A stretch of 64,000 nt of DNA from Squalus acanthias (taxonomy: Eukaryota): assembly GCA_030390025.1 (NCBI GenBank), contig CM059432.1, positions 79,114,001-79,178,000 of the forward strand. The letters are read 5' to 3'. Shown here piece by piece: positions 12,541-25,053 of the stretch (positions are counted from its first letter, which is position 1; every line of letters begins with the position of its first letter). Below the pieces are notes generated by a model that was given only the letters and a program-made list of their open reading frames with translations, ran no database searches and was not told the origin of the DNA. Position numbers and translations under genes: made by a program.

Positions 12541-13091
12541 GAGATTGAAATTTGGAAAATAAAAATGATTGACACCTGGGCGATGACATGGTAATTAACA
12601 TGGCTCCTCACACTATTAAGGCTTTTTCTGTCTGTGAGTAAAGCCATGGGAGATCAACCAGTTACATTAAGTTATATCATATAATTGCACCAGCAGGCGA
12701 AATTGTCTGCCTGGGATGTCAAAATGAGCTCAGTAAACATCTGTAATTGTTCTCCAGCCCCAGCCTACCCATGAACAATGCTACAGGAGACCTGCTAATT
12801 ATTTTAAGTAGTATTATATACATGTTCAGCGACAGGGGTTGATTCTGAACTTGAGGACAAGCAGCATCAGGTCAGTGAATGACCACAGTGAGAGGCTTGA
12901 AAGGGGGGCCCAGTAATCATCAATAACCATGCTCCAAGCCCCCAACTACACATGAACAACGCTATAGGAGATCAACTAGTGACAACAAAATGAATCATTC
13001 AACTCTATTGTGCATAAATATTATGTATTTGTTAAAATGTTAATATTAGTATGACTTACACAAATAACAATATAAAATGAAACACATGTCA

Positions 13092-14050
13092 AGGTGTTCT
13101 CTGACTGGAGAGAAGTATACAGTGGGGTCCCCCAGAGGTTGGTATTAGGACCATTGCTTTTCTTGTTATATATAAATGACCTGGACTTGGGTACAGGGAC
13201 TACAATTTTGAAGCTTGCGGATGATACAAAACTTGGCAACGTAATAAGTAGTGAGCATTATAGTAACAGACTTCAGGACATAGACAGACTGGTGAAATAG
13301 GCAGACACCTGGCAAATGCAATTTAATGCGGATAAGTGTGGAAAAATGCACTTTGGGAGAAACAACATGGAGAGGCAGTATAATATAAATGGTAATATTT
13401 TGAGGGAGGGGATGCAAAAGCAGAGGGACTTGGGAGTGCATATTCTCAAATCTTTGAACGTGGCAGGGCAAGTTGAGAAGGCAGTTCAGGAAGCATATGG
13501 GATACTTGGCTTTGTAAATAGGGGCATTGAATACGAAACCAAGGAAGTCATGCTAAACGTTTACAAATCTCTGGTTAGGCCTCAAGTCCTTGGAGAGGAT
13601 ACAGAGGAGGTTTACCAGGATGATATCAGGGACTTCAGTTATGTGGAGAGATTGCAGAAGCTGGCATTGTTCATTTTAGAGCAGAGAAGGTTAAGGGGAG
13701 ATCTAATAGAGGTATTCAAAATTATGAGGGGTTTTGATAGAGCAAATGGGGAGACCTCAGTAACAAGAGGTCAGAGATTTAAAATAATTGGCTAAAGAAC
13801 TAGAGGGGAAATGAGGAGAAATGTCTTCACACAGAGGGTTGTTAAGATTTGGAATACACTACCTGAAAAGGTGGTGGAATCAGATTCCATAGGAACTTTC
13901 AAAAGGCAATTGGACATATACTTGACGAGGCCTAATTTGCAGGTTTACGGAGAAAAAGCTGGGGTGTAGGACTAAATTGGACAGGTCTTTCAAAGAGCCG
14001 GCACAAGCATGACAGACTGAATGGCTTCCTTCTGTGCTGTAAGATTCTAT
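13092..14050 (+). mobile_element. CR1 LINE 3' fragment (older subfamily)
   Basis: SGVPQRLVLGPLLFLLYINDL, LADDTKLG, QRDLGV, RRLRGDLIEVFKI. Confidence 0.9.
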
Positions 14051-14960
14051 GAGTTAAACCTTTTTGTGTCAAATCTGCTGCCTGATGACATTTTCAGTTC
14101 TTTTGATCTTCTAACCAACTGCATTGACTCTGAGATAGATCAGCCAGCTAGTCAATCAGTGTGGCTACCTTTCTTTCAATTAACTGTGTACCCATTTGCC
14201 TCAGAGTTATATAGATTGTGACAAGCCTGTTGAATTGTCTGATATTGTAATGCTCAGTGTGAGTGTGAAACTTGCTTTCTGATTGGACAAAAAAGGGCCT
14301 CACCTTGATGATAAAGTGCTTGGCAAACATTTAGACATAATTTTGGGCCTGATGATTGCATGTGGTTTTGTCATTGGAAGATGTGTATTTAAGCAAATTA
14401 ACAAAACATTTCTGAAAAATGGTAGCCTAGACTTGCCCCTCAAGTTTTATTGGCTCCCCAGCATAACTTGAGCAGGTTGGGGCTGGAAATGCAGCAGATA
14501 ATGACAATCCACTGGCACCCTGCTCGTCCCTTCTGTGTCCTGAATTTCCAACTGGAAGTGACAGGAGACATATATGGGTGTGCATTTTGTAACAATATAC
14601 AAATGAGGGAAATTACACTAAAATGGAAAATTTAGGTTAGTGACTCCACTGTCTGTTCTGTTAGTGACATGAGAGGTAATTTGTCTCTTAGCATCAGAAA
14701 CCTCTCTGGGTGCAGTTACATTACAAGTTTAGCATTGGTATAAATTGGTTTCTGCTTCACACTGATGCTAAATTAGGAAGGGAGATTTTCCTCTATATTG
14801 TGCCTTGTGTGCACTTCTTTCCAGTGCACAATAGAGAAGAAAAAGGGAGGAGGCCTCTTAAGCCTGGTTTCTGCCCTGTGTACATTTTGCACACACTTCT
14901 CCTCACATGTCATGTGGGGGCTAAGACATTGTACCTGAAACAAGTTTCCATACAATTTGA

Positions 14961-15392
14961 TTTTTTTTTTAATTTAAAATTTGAACATTTTATTTACAGT
15001 TAATGACATTTACAGAGCTCAGGTCTCAGCTCTTTGTACAAAGTCACAAGCCATCATTCCCTACAAGGCAGGGGTCCCAGTCTCTTCAAGTTGGTGATGT
15101 GATCTCCAAGCTTCTTGATCATCTTCTCTTGTTCATTCAAATAGTGGGTCTCCAGGAATTCACACAGATGAGGGTCCGCGCTCCCAGTGGAGAGTTTGTG
15201 CAGATGCAGCAGACTCTGGTTGACATTCTTCTCCATCTGCAGAGCTCTCTGCGTCGCTGAATGGAGCCTCTCGCTCTCCCAGCCAAACAAATGAACTACA
15301 AAGGAACTTAAGTTTTAAAAATTAATTTAAGTTTTTATCAATTAAACCAAAATTACATTGGCTGGGTCGATGATGCACTCCAGTCCCTGTGG
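14961..15392 (-). mobile_element. Chimeric retro-insertion: Tx1 LINE 3' end + ferritin mRNA fragment + poly(A), 12-bp TSD
   Basis: TSD CATACAATTTGA at 14949-14960 and 15393-15404. T10 at 14961-14970, AATAAA on the minus strand at 14989-14994. Tx1 ORF2 end PQGLECIIDPANVILV* at 15392-15342. Confidence 0.85.
15070..15260 (-). pseudogene. fth1: Processed ferritin (H/M-type) pseudogene fragment
   Basis: [61 protein letters not shown] is the ferritin C-terminal half; contiguous across DPH/LC; followed by 3'UTR-like sequence and poly(A). Confidence 0.9.
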
Positions 15393-15624
15393 CATACAAT
15401 TTGAATTGTAATAAGCTGAAAGTGATGTCATGGGGGGCAGCTAATGCATTAGCTCCAATTCCACTAATTGCAGATCATGTGCAGACAACACTTAAGTAAA
15501 TTGGGAGTTGTTGTAAAAGTCGGATAGCCAGGTGGTGAAGAATAGAACACTAGAGCCTAGTCTTCAGTCGCTTACACCTTTTAAATGCTGATTTCAGTGA
15601 TTGATGGCTGGTGGAATTACCAAT

Positions 15625-17556
15625 TAAAAAAAAGGAAGCAAGTGCCCCCTTTTAAAGGGGCACAACCAATAAACCGTAAATTAAACCAAATTTAAATGAA
15701 ACTTAACAAATCAAATCAGAATTTTGTTTCCGGGATGATGAAACACTCCAGTCCCTCCGGTGCCCACCAGTCGTGGAAGACCTCAAGCGTACCGGCGGAC
15801 ATTGTGTGCTCCATCTCCAGGGACACCCAGGCGTGAACTTAGCCACGGAAGAGAGGCAGGCAGTTGGGCCGAACGACCCCCTCAACCGCCTGGACCTATA
15901 GTGGCCAACTTTGCCAGGCTCAGGAGCAGTCCAACAAGGAGGTCCTTTGATCTGCCCGCTCCAATCCGCACAGGGTGCCCAAGGATCAGGAGCGTGCGAC
16001 TGAAGTGCAACCAAAAATTGAGGAGCAGCCCCTTCAAAAATTGGAAGAGGGGCTGCAACCTCTCACACTCTGTGTATACGTGGAACACGGACTCCTCCAG
16101 GCTGCAGAAATTGCATGTGGCCTGGGAGTCCTTGATCCTACTTAAAAAATTTTGCACGGGACTGCTCCATGCAAAGTCCCCAGTACAAAAGGGGAGGACT
16201 CCTGCGTAGAGAGCCCTCCACTGGAGACCCCGCCTCCTCCGGATTGCAAGATGGCACGCCAAGGCATATCCGAATGGCAGATGAGGAAGACAAAGTGGAA
16301 AGTGTGCAAGAGCTGCCCATCCAGGACACCCCTCCTTGCAGAGTGGAAAGGCACGGAAGGGATCTCCGAGAGACGGCTCAAGCTGTGAGGCGCCAGCTCT
16401 TAGGGAGATTTCGGGGCCTGGTGCTGGTGAGAAATTCCGTCCGAATGGAGGTCAGTTCAGACGGGATCGCTCCACACACTTGAGCCTCCTCGACACACCT
16501 AGTGAAGTTGGGGCCGAATGCCTCCTTTAGCGTCTCAATGGCTTTGACCGTGAACCGGATACCTTGCCAGGACACGCGCTGTGCCAGTTTGTCTGGTGAC
16601 ATCCAGCCCACTCCTCCGCCATCCAGTTCGTCCCTGACTCTGGTCACCTAGCCAGCCAGGGCCCTCCCCTCCACCAGCCATCTGAAACCGCGGTCGCGGA
16701 GATGCGGATTCCTGAGCAGCGTCTCCTGGAGGATAGCCGCTACTCCTGACGAGGGAGAACTCCGGCTGGAGACAATCATGTTCCAGTTCCTGATCAGTTC
16801 CTAGTAAAAGGCAGGCAACTCCTGAATTGAGGCACGGCTACACCCCAGTTTTATAAACAGGAGCTGCGTGTCGGAATTGAGGCCGTGCAGCTGGCGGAAG
16901 AAATACGTTGCCAGCGCACACCATCTGGGAGGATTCTCAACGTACAGGTATCTCTGCAGGGTCTGAAGATGGAAGGTCGCAGCCTAGGTACACATGTACA
17001 GCAGTGCCTGACCGCCCTCCTAAGTGGGAGACTCAGAACCACGGCAGAGACCCGATGCTTCCTTTTGTCCCAGAAGAATTCAACAAGCTTCTTCTGTATC
17101 TTGGCGACAAATTCAGGGGAAGGGATCATAGTGACCACCAGTTGACTTATGACCAGCGCATGACCCCTGTAGGACAGCACTCGGAGCAGTCCTGTCGAGC
17201 GCCTTAGGCGAGCGGTGACTTTGGTTCGCCGGCCAGGCTCCCCCGGCAGGGCTAAAGTAGGCTCTCGGGTAGAGGAGATGAGTGGTACTCCAGACATAAG
17301 GCCTGAGCTCCTCCGGCAGGGAGTCCACCCGCCACTGACCCACCAGGAGTCCAGAACATTTCTCCCAGTTGATCCTCGCAGAGGACATGGCAGAGTAGAC
17401 CTGCTGGCACTTGCGCATCTTCCGCAAGTCAATGGGATCCGTGACCATGAGGAGCATGTCATCGGCGTAAGCTGAGAGGACGACCTCCATGCCCAGCTCT
17501 TGCAGAGCCAGTCCCGTCAACCTCTTCTGCAAGAGGCGCTGGACAGGACTCGCCCC
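15625..17556 (-). mobile_element. Tx1 (L1-clade) LINE, 5'-truncated and frameshifted ORF2
   Basis: VVLSAYADDM (RT), SARINWEKCSGL, IQKKLVEFFWD, zinc knuckle CNFCSLEESVFHVYTEC; GC-rich; 3' hairpin GTGCCCCCTTTTAAAGGGGCAC. Confidence 0.9.
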
Positions 17557-18188
17557 CTGTTGTTTCCTGGAGCCACATCGCACATGCTCCGCACAGACAG
17601 GCAGTCTCCAACCGCACTTTGGAGCAACAACAATAATAATCAATACATATATTCAATTGTATAACTCATTTTATACAGAAAAAATACTTGTGTTGTGTTA
17701 CAGGGGGTCCGTGGAATTTTTATTACATGGGAGGGGAGCCTCAGAAGCAAAAAGGTTGAGAACCCCTGCTGTGCTGTATTATGAATCTGACAGTTATCAT
17801 GAGTCTCCTTTTTCTGTTTCATTTTAATCTCTATGTCTTTAGTCATCCAGGGAGCTCTAGCTTTGGAAGCCCTTTCTTTCCCCTTCATGGGAATGTGTCT
17901 AGTCTGTACCTGAACTATCTCCTCTTTGAAGACCTCTCATTGCTCATTTACTGTTTTGCCTGCCAATCTTTGATTCCAATCCCTTTAAAATTAACTGAAA
18001 TTAGCTGTCCTCCAGTTGAGTATCTTCACATTTGATTTTTCCTTATTCTTTTCCATAACTACTCGAAACCTAATGATATTGTGATCACTGTTTCCCAAAT
18101 CACTGTTCCCCCACTGAAACATGCTCCACTTGCCCTACTTCATTCCTCATAGATCCAGCACTGCTTCCTTCCTTTTTGGGCTGAAAAC

Positions 18189-18331
18189 CAATGTGTGTCT
18201 CTCATTTTTTTTGGGACCGCTCGTACCCTTACCGCGCGGGTCATTCAAAATACCGCGCATGCGGGGTTTTTGCATTGACAAGCCGGCTGTGCGGGATCCC
18301 TGGAGAGCTGCGCAGCTTAAAGGGAACATTG
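18189..18331. mobile_element. hAT-like MITE (143 bp) with 8-bp TSD inside a CR1 fragment
   Basis: Ends CAATGTGTGTCTC.. and ..AAAGGGAACATTG; flanks CTGAAAAC (18181-18188) and CTGGAAAC (18332-18339). Confidence 0.65.
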
Positions 18332-18419
18332 CTGGAAACATATACTCACTAGTACATGGCACTGACAGCAATCCATAGATTACCACCTTTGAGGTCCTGC
18401 TCTTTAACTTGGTGACAAA

Positions 18420-19920
18420 GGTACAGAGTTTCTGGAAGGTGCTGAAGACTATGACATTGGTATTCCTAATATTTAGCTGGAGGAAATTGCAGCTTATTCG
18501 GATGTTGAACAAGCAGTCTGACAACACAGATGCAGTAGAGAGGTCAAGAGGGGTGGTGAAGAGGTAGAGTTGGGTTTCATCAGTATATGTGTGGAAGCTG
18601 ACCCCCATGTCTGTGGATATCATCACCAAGGGGCAGCTTGTAGATGAGCAGGAGGAGAGGGCAAAGAATAGATCCTCGGGGGACATGGAAGGTAACCCTG
18701 TGGGGTTTGGAAGTGAAGTTGTTCTATGAGATGCTCTGGCTAAGATTGAATAGGTAAGAGTGGAACCAAGTGAGGGCAATTCCATTGAGCTGGAAAACAG
18801 AGGAGATGCTTTGGAGGAGGATGGTGTGGTCAAACATGTCAAAGGCTGCAGTCAGGTCGAGGAGGTATGATGCACCATGTTTTAGTTGGGTTGGTTGTTT
18901 TTATTAATGACATTTGTGAGCTTGAATTGGGCCATCTGAGTACTGTGGTGTGGGTGGAAATGGCTGGAGAGAGTCACATAAGGGGTTGTGGGAAAAATGG
19001 GCATAGATTTGAAAGGCAACAACACTTTCAAGGACTCTCTAGAGGAAAGGGAGGTTGGAGATGGGGTGGTAGTTTGCACGGTCAGAGGGGTCAAGAGAAG
19101 GGCAGAGCTAAGGTCAAAGGATTGGGGGGTCTAAGGATTGTCGTTCACGTTCGGCAATGTGGTCGCGATCAGGAATTTAAAGGTTAAGTGAGTAAATTAT
19201 TTGTAACCAGTTTTGGCTAAGTTCTGACATATGAAATTGACCGACCTCAAAGTGATAGGGAGTGGGCAGGAACCATGACCTCCCCTCCTACCCCACTAAT
19301 CAAGGGTGTTTTTTGAGGACCAGGAGGTGATGATGGCAATTTCGAAAAGGGATGGGGACAACATATAAAGATACAGAACCATTTACAATGTCAGCTGGTA
19401 TGGGCAACACGGTGGCATAGTGGTTAGCACTGGTGCCTCACAGCGCCAGAGACCCGGGTTCGAATCTGACCTCGGGTGACTGTCTGTGTGGAGTTTGCAC
19501 ATTCTCCCCGTGTCTGCGTGGGTTTCCTCCGGGTGCTCCGGTTTCCTCCCACAGTCCAAAAATGTGTGGGTTAGGTTGAATTGGCTATGATAAATTGACC
19601 CTTAGTGTTAGGGGGGATTAAATATGTGGGGTTATGGGGATAGGATGGGATATGTTAGGGGGAATTAAATACGTGGGGTTACGGGGATAGGATGGGATAT
19701 GTGTACTGTGGGGATTAAAGCAGGGACAGGGTACTGGATTTGGATGATCAGCCATGATCGTATTGAATGGCGGAGCAGGCTCGACGGGCCGAATGGCCTA
19801 CTCCTGCTCCTAGATTCTATGTTTCTATGTTTCTATGGAAGCCAGGAAGGTATGTTGGGTAGTCAGCAGTTTAGTAGGAATGGAGTTAAGAGCGCAGTAG
19901 GTGGGTCTCATGGACGAGAG
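18420..19920 (-). mobile_element. L2 LINE fragment interrupted by a V-SINE
   Basis: VSFHTYTDETQLYL..CNFLQLNI on the minus strand; similar to 48.4-49.7 kb. Confidence 0.8.
19402..19837 (+). mobile_element. HE1-like V-SINE (tRNA head, V domain, CR1-derived tail)
   Basis: Box A GGTGGCATAGTGG, box B GGTTCGAATC, V domain TGTGTGGAGTTTGCACATTCTCCCCGTGTCTGCGTGGGTTTCCTCCGGGTGCTCCGGTTTCCTCCCAC; tail nearly identical to CR1 9682-9796. Confidence 0.9.
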
Positions 19921-20219
19921 GAGCTCTTTACTAAGACTCATAATTCATAAGGGCAGAAACATAAATCAGTCATCTAAAGCATTTAACAAATAAGGTTACC
20001 AATGTCTTGAAGTCTATTTTATTTATAATATAGTCTTGATTCTTGTTTACAATTTATAATTATTTTTCCCGCTGAAATTTGAAGTGAATTAACGGTGAAC
20101 TACGCATTGGAGCTGGAGGCTCATATGTTTAACTGCCAATAAAGAACACGCACAGTTAATAAAACTTAAATAATGTGCATACAAAAACACATAAATTTGC
20201 AGTAGCTTATCGTAGAAAC

Positions 20220-21340
20220 GTCGTTAGTGAGTGAACTCAATTAAAAGGGTAGAAAGAAAAGTGCCGAGGAAAAGACGGACTCTGGATACGGAGTTGGTGG
20301 GGAGGGGGATTTCTGACGCCGCACTTTTATGTAAGCTTTGAGTATGATATTCCAGCGTAAAATTTCAAAATAAGACTAGAGGCACTGTAAATGTCACTGT
20401 TAAGTTTTCTTACAATGACCCGAAGCTACCAGTAGGGGCTGCACATCAGATGGCGCACCCAATGAAACACTGATAAATGGGCCACTCGAAAGATGGGACG
20501 CCGGCACAAAGTCGTAGCCTAACTTGAAAACATAGGTTGGGGTCCTGCTTGGTAAAATAGAACATTTCATGACATTACTGGGCTGACTGGTTTGTGCCGA
20601 TATTCCTTTATTGACAGTCGATGGAAAGGAGCCAAGAGTTCCGACACGTCAGAGATTTCAGCCAGAAGCTCGGGGAAAGAAAGAAGCAACAATTCTGACT
20701 GAGAATCTGGGACTAGTGGGCTCTCCGATCGCGCCAAAGCTCGTCGATCCTTTCGTTACACAGGCCTGGCCCCTGAAGCGGGACGACTTGTCGTTAAACT
20801 GCAAAATGTAAGTTGAAAGTTTGTGCGAGACTGAAAGTTTGGGTTGTTTGCAGAGGCCTCACCGGTATCACTCACTGGAGCGCAAGTTCTCCACCTATGC
20901 AATTAACTGGAGGAATTTGTAGAACACCATCCGAAAATTAAGTTTTAAGACGTTCTTCTTTCTCAGCCTGCAGTGCAGCTTACACCACCGATTTATAATG
21001 GCTGTTCCGTTCGCCAATGCTAGAAACCTTGAACTGGATATTTATTGCATAAGTGTTACCACCCCCAACACAAAGCGCAGGAAAATTAACACATCAGCAG
21101 CCGAGCGCGCGCGCCCCGGGAGAGTCCGAGCCCGGAGCGGGGACGCGCGCGCGGCCGCGTGAGACTCCAAACGCGGGCTCGGGCTCGGGCTCGAGCTCGA
21201 GCTCGGAATGGGAACGCGCGCAGGTCGAAATCGTGAGCTGAGCCGAGGACTTTGAAAGTGCAGAACGGGGCAAGTGGTAGCAAATTGATAGCTGAGGCCG
21301 AGAACTAATGTTATGAACAAAGACCCTCTGAATGGTATGT
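20220..21340 (+). promoter_or_regulatory. CpG-rich promoter-like island
   Basis: High CpG density without a recognisable repeat; (CG)n runs and GGGCTC/GAGCTC hexamer repeats at 21100-21210; donor AATG|GTATGT at 21334/21335. Confidence 0.55.
20618..20807 (+). other. Candidate 190-nt exon (open frame VDGKEPRVPT..SLNCK)
   Basis: Acceptor TCCTTTATTGACAG| and donor AAT|GTAAGT; one frame open throughout; protein not recognised. Confidence 0.45.
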
Positions 21341-22379
21341 AACACCCGATCTGAATTCAGTGCTCCTCTATTTAAAAAGGTGCAGTCCTCCCAGCAATGA
21401 AAAGTTAATACTGTACTGACTTAACAGCATTTCCGACTCCCCAGAGAGTATTCCGAGTCAGTCTACAAATTGTATGTCAATTGAATGCAGATACAAAGTT
21501 CAGCTGTCGTAATCTACTTACTGCTTTAACGCAAAGGAGGAAAATGAAGTATAGCGTTAGTATATCATAAGTTTGAAGGAAAACCATGTTACATAACTAA
21601 GTTGGCGAGACCAGTGGCCAAAGTGGCGACTACACTAGTTAAATATTTCATTAATGTGCTTTATACTACAGTATATCGCCATCATATGTTTCTGAAAGAT
21701 TTCACCAGACTCGTCTTTGTTTACTTATCGGATGTTAAAGCTCCATATTTTCATCCGTGTAAATGCTGATCTATAATTGTCAACCGGTTTGCACACTAGC
21801 CAACAGCTTTGCTTTATTTGATAGTCTGGATTAAGAACGCCTACTGCTCAGACATCTATTTTTGCCAATGTTTGATCTACCTGAGTCTGAGAATACAGCA
21901 TTGCAGTGTAGAGTTCACTAGGGAAAGAAAGTTCCATTTCTACCGAGTCACCGCTCCCGGCAGATCCACCTCATCATAATAACCTGATTCACAGGATGAG
22001 AAAGAAAATATGAATGACAGTCTGATTATCAATTTCGCTGCAGCTACAATCCCCCTCACTTGAATCCTTAGTGAAAATGTTGAGTCAGTAATGAAATATG
22101 TAGTACAGTACTGGGATGAGACCAAAGGTATCCACATGAAAAGTTGGATTAAGTAAATATTCTGTTCTAATATTTTTGTGAGAGAGGAGCATTCACCTGC
22201 AACCTTTTATGAAGGTCAGAATACCGAACATCTGCATTTTTTTCCTTTGCTTTTAGAGCTAGGAAAATAGATTTACTTTTTTAAAATGAGAATATTATCT
22301 ATTGTTGCTCCAAAATGTTAGATTTTGGAGCTGTTAACTGTTGTTTAACACATACAGTAGAATTCTAATCAAAGTGCTG

Positions 22380-22670
22380 AGAGACTGGCTCAGTTGGTAA
22401 AAACTGTGTGTAACTGCACCATACATATTGGAAGATCTCGTGCTTAATTCCTGGTGTCTGATAGCTGGTTGTACTGTTAGCTGATGTCAACTGGAGTGGC
22501 AGTAGAGGTACTAGAGAGAGGGTTATAATCCAGTGTTCCCATTCCCGATTGCAATCCAGTGATCCCTATTGGGACTCCCAACATGTAGACCTCAGGTGAG
22601 GACAGGATTGGGCTTGACTGGGATGACTTCCAGTCTGTCAGTACAATAACTTGCATTTATATAGCACCTT
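22380..22670 (+). mobile_element. Degenerate tRNA-derived SINE relic
   Basis: Box A-like TGGCTCAGTTGGTAA and decayed box B (CTTAATTCCTGG). Confidence 0.4.
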
Positions 22671-23139
22671 TTTAATGTATCAATATCCTATTATTCACAC
22701 ACAAATATGAATCTTAGATTTCTGTCCTCTTCCTGCCACATCAATTTTTTAATTCAGTAAATTTTGGCATAAATAATGGAATGAAGCTTAAAATGAAAAA
22801 AGTTGTTTTTCAATGAATATTTGTCATTTAAAGAATAACTCTAGGGCTTGTTTATGCCTGGATGAGTGTCATGTAGTTTGTTCAAAAACAATAAAATCTT
22901 AGTTGTAGTTTGTATATTCAGTTCTGCAGTTTCCAATATGATGAGTTCCCAGTCACAGCAATGCAATGCTGCTTAGGTTGGGTGCTTCCACATACGAAGA
23001 GCAACTCAGCCCATGGCATGTTCAACAGTTCCTAAAAGTCAGCTACAGAACTTCGTGATGAGGTCTGGAATCAGGTCTTCCACTAGTCAGCATGGACAGG
23101 AAAGGTGTGAAGCAATGCCATCGTAACCTTGTAGTAAAG

Positions 23140-25053
23140 GGAGGATTTTAGAATTCAGCAAAGGAGGACCAAGAAATTGATAAAGAAAGGGAAAATAGAA
23201 TATGAGAGTAAACTAGCGAGAGACATAAAAAGACTAAAAGCTTCTATAGGTATGTAAAAAGGAAAAGATTAGCAAAAGTAAATGTGGGTCCCTTACAGGC
23301 TGAGACAGGAGAAATTATAATGGGGAATAAGGAAATGGCAGAGAAATTAAACAAATACTTTGGCTGTCTTCACGGAAGAAGACGCAAAAAACTTCCCGGA
23401 AATTGTGGACAACCAAGGGTCTAGCGAGAATGAGGAACTGAAAGAAATTAGTATTAGTAAAAAAGTAGTCCTGGAGAAATTAATGGGACTGAAAGCCGAT
23501 AAATCCCTTGGACCTGATGGCCTACATCCTAGGGTTTTGAAAGAGTTGGCTATAGAGATAGTGAATGCATTGGTTGTCATTTTCCAAAATTCCATAGATT
23601 CTGAAACGGTTCCGCGGATTGGAAGGTAGCAAATGTAACCCCACTATTTAAGAAAGGAGGGAGAGAGAAAACGGGGAACTACAGACCAGTTAGCCTGACA
23701 TCAGTAGTAGGGAAAATGCTAGAATCTATTATTAAAGATGTGGTAACAGGGCACTTAGAAAATAATAATAATAGGATTGGGCAGAGTCAACACAGGATTT
23801 ATGAAAGGGAAATCGTGTTTGACAAATCTGTTGGAGTTTTTTGAGGTTGTAACTAGCAGAATACATAAGGGGGAACCAGTGGATGTGGTGTATTTGGATT
23901 TTCAGAAGGCATTCGATAAGGTGCCACACAAAAGGTTATTAAACAAAATTAGGGCTCATGGGATTGGGGGTGATATACTAGCATAGATTGAGGATTGGTT
24001 AACGGACAGAAAACAGAGAGTAAGAATAAACGGGTCATTTTCAGGTTGGCAGGCTGTAACTAGTGGGGTACCGCAAGGATCAGTGCTTGGGCCTCAGCTA
24101 TTCACAGTCTACATCAATGATTTGGATGAGGGGACCAAATGTAATATATCCAAGTTTGCTGATGATACAAAGCTGGGTAAGTTGTGAGGAGGATGCAATG
24201 AGGCTTCAAGGGGATATAGACAGGCTAAGTGAGTGGGCAAGAACATGGCAAATGGAATATAATGTGGAGAAATGTGAAGTTATCCACTTTGGTAGGAAAA
24301 ATAGAAAAGCAGAGTATTTTTTAAATGGTGAGAGATTGGGAAATGTTGTTCAGAGGGACCTGGGTGTCCTTGTACACGAATCACTGAAAGTTAGCATGCA
24401 GGTACAGCAAGCAATTAGGAAATCAAATGGTATGTTGGCCTTTATTACAAAAGGACTTGAGTATAAGAGTAAAGACGTCTTACTGCAATTATATAGGGCC
24501 CTGGTGAGAGAACACCTGGAGTATTGTGTACAGTTTTGGTCTCCTTACCTAAGGAAGGATATACTTGCCATTGAGGGAGTGCAACGAAGGTTCACCAGAC
24601 TGGTTCCTGGGATGGGAGGATTGTCCTATGAGGAGAGATTGAGTAGACTAGGCCTGTATTCTCTAGAGTTTAGAAGAATGAGAGGTGATCTCATTGAAAC
24701 ATACAAAATTCTTACAGGGCTTGACAGGGTAGATGCAGGGAGGATGTTTCTCCTGGCTGGGGAGTCTAAAACCAGGGGTCACAGTCTCAGAATAAGGGGT
24801 CGGCCATTTAGAACTGAGATGAGGAGAAATTTCTTCACTGAGGGTGGTGAATCTTAGGAATTCTCTACCCCCGAGGGCTGTGGAGGCTCAGTCGTAGAGT
24901 ATATTCAAGACAGAGATCGATAGATTTTTGGATATTAAGGGGATATGGGGATAGTGCAGGAAAGTGGAGATGAGGTAGAAGATCAGCCATGATCTTATTG
25001 AATAGCGGAGCAGGCTCGAAGGGCCAAATGGCCTACTCCTGCTCCTATTTATT
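23140..25053 (+). mobile_element. CR1 LINE (5'-truncated ORF2 + tail)
   Basis: GPDGLHPRVLKE, GFMKGKSCLTNLLEFF, YLDFQKAFDKVPH, RRMRGDLIETYKI; tail interrupted by the MITE at 25054. Confidence 0.95.

Noticed and set aside
15054..15290. Functional ferritin gene
   Set aside because: N-terminal half is absent, C-terminus is deleted, and it lies within a TSD with a poly(A) tail.
19402..19475. tRNA gene
   Set aside because: A/B boxes continue into a V domain and CR1 tail, so this is a SINE head.
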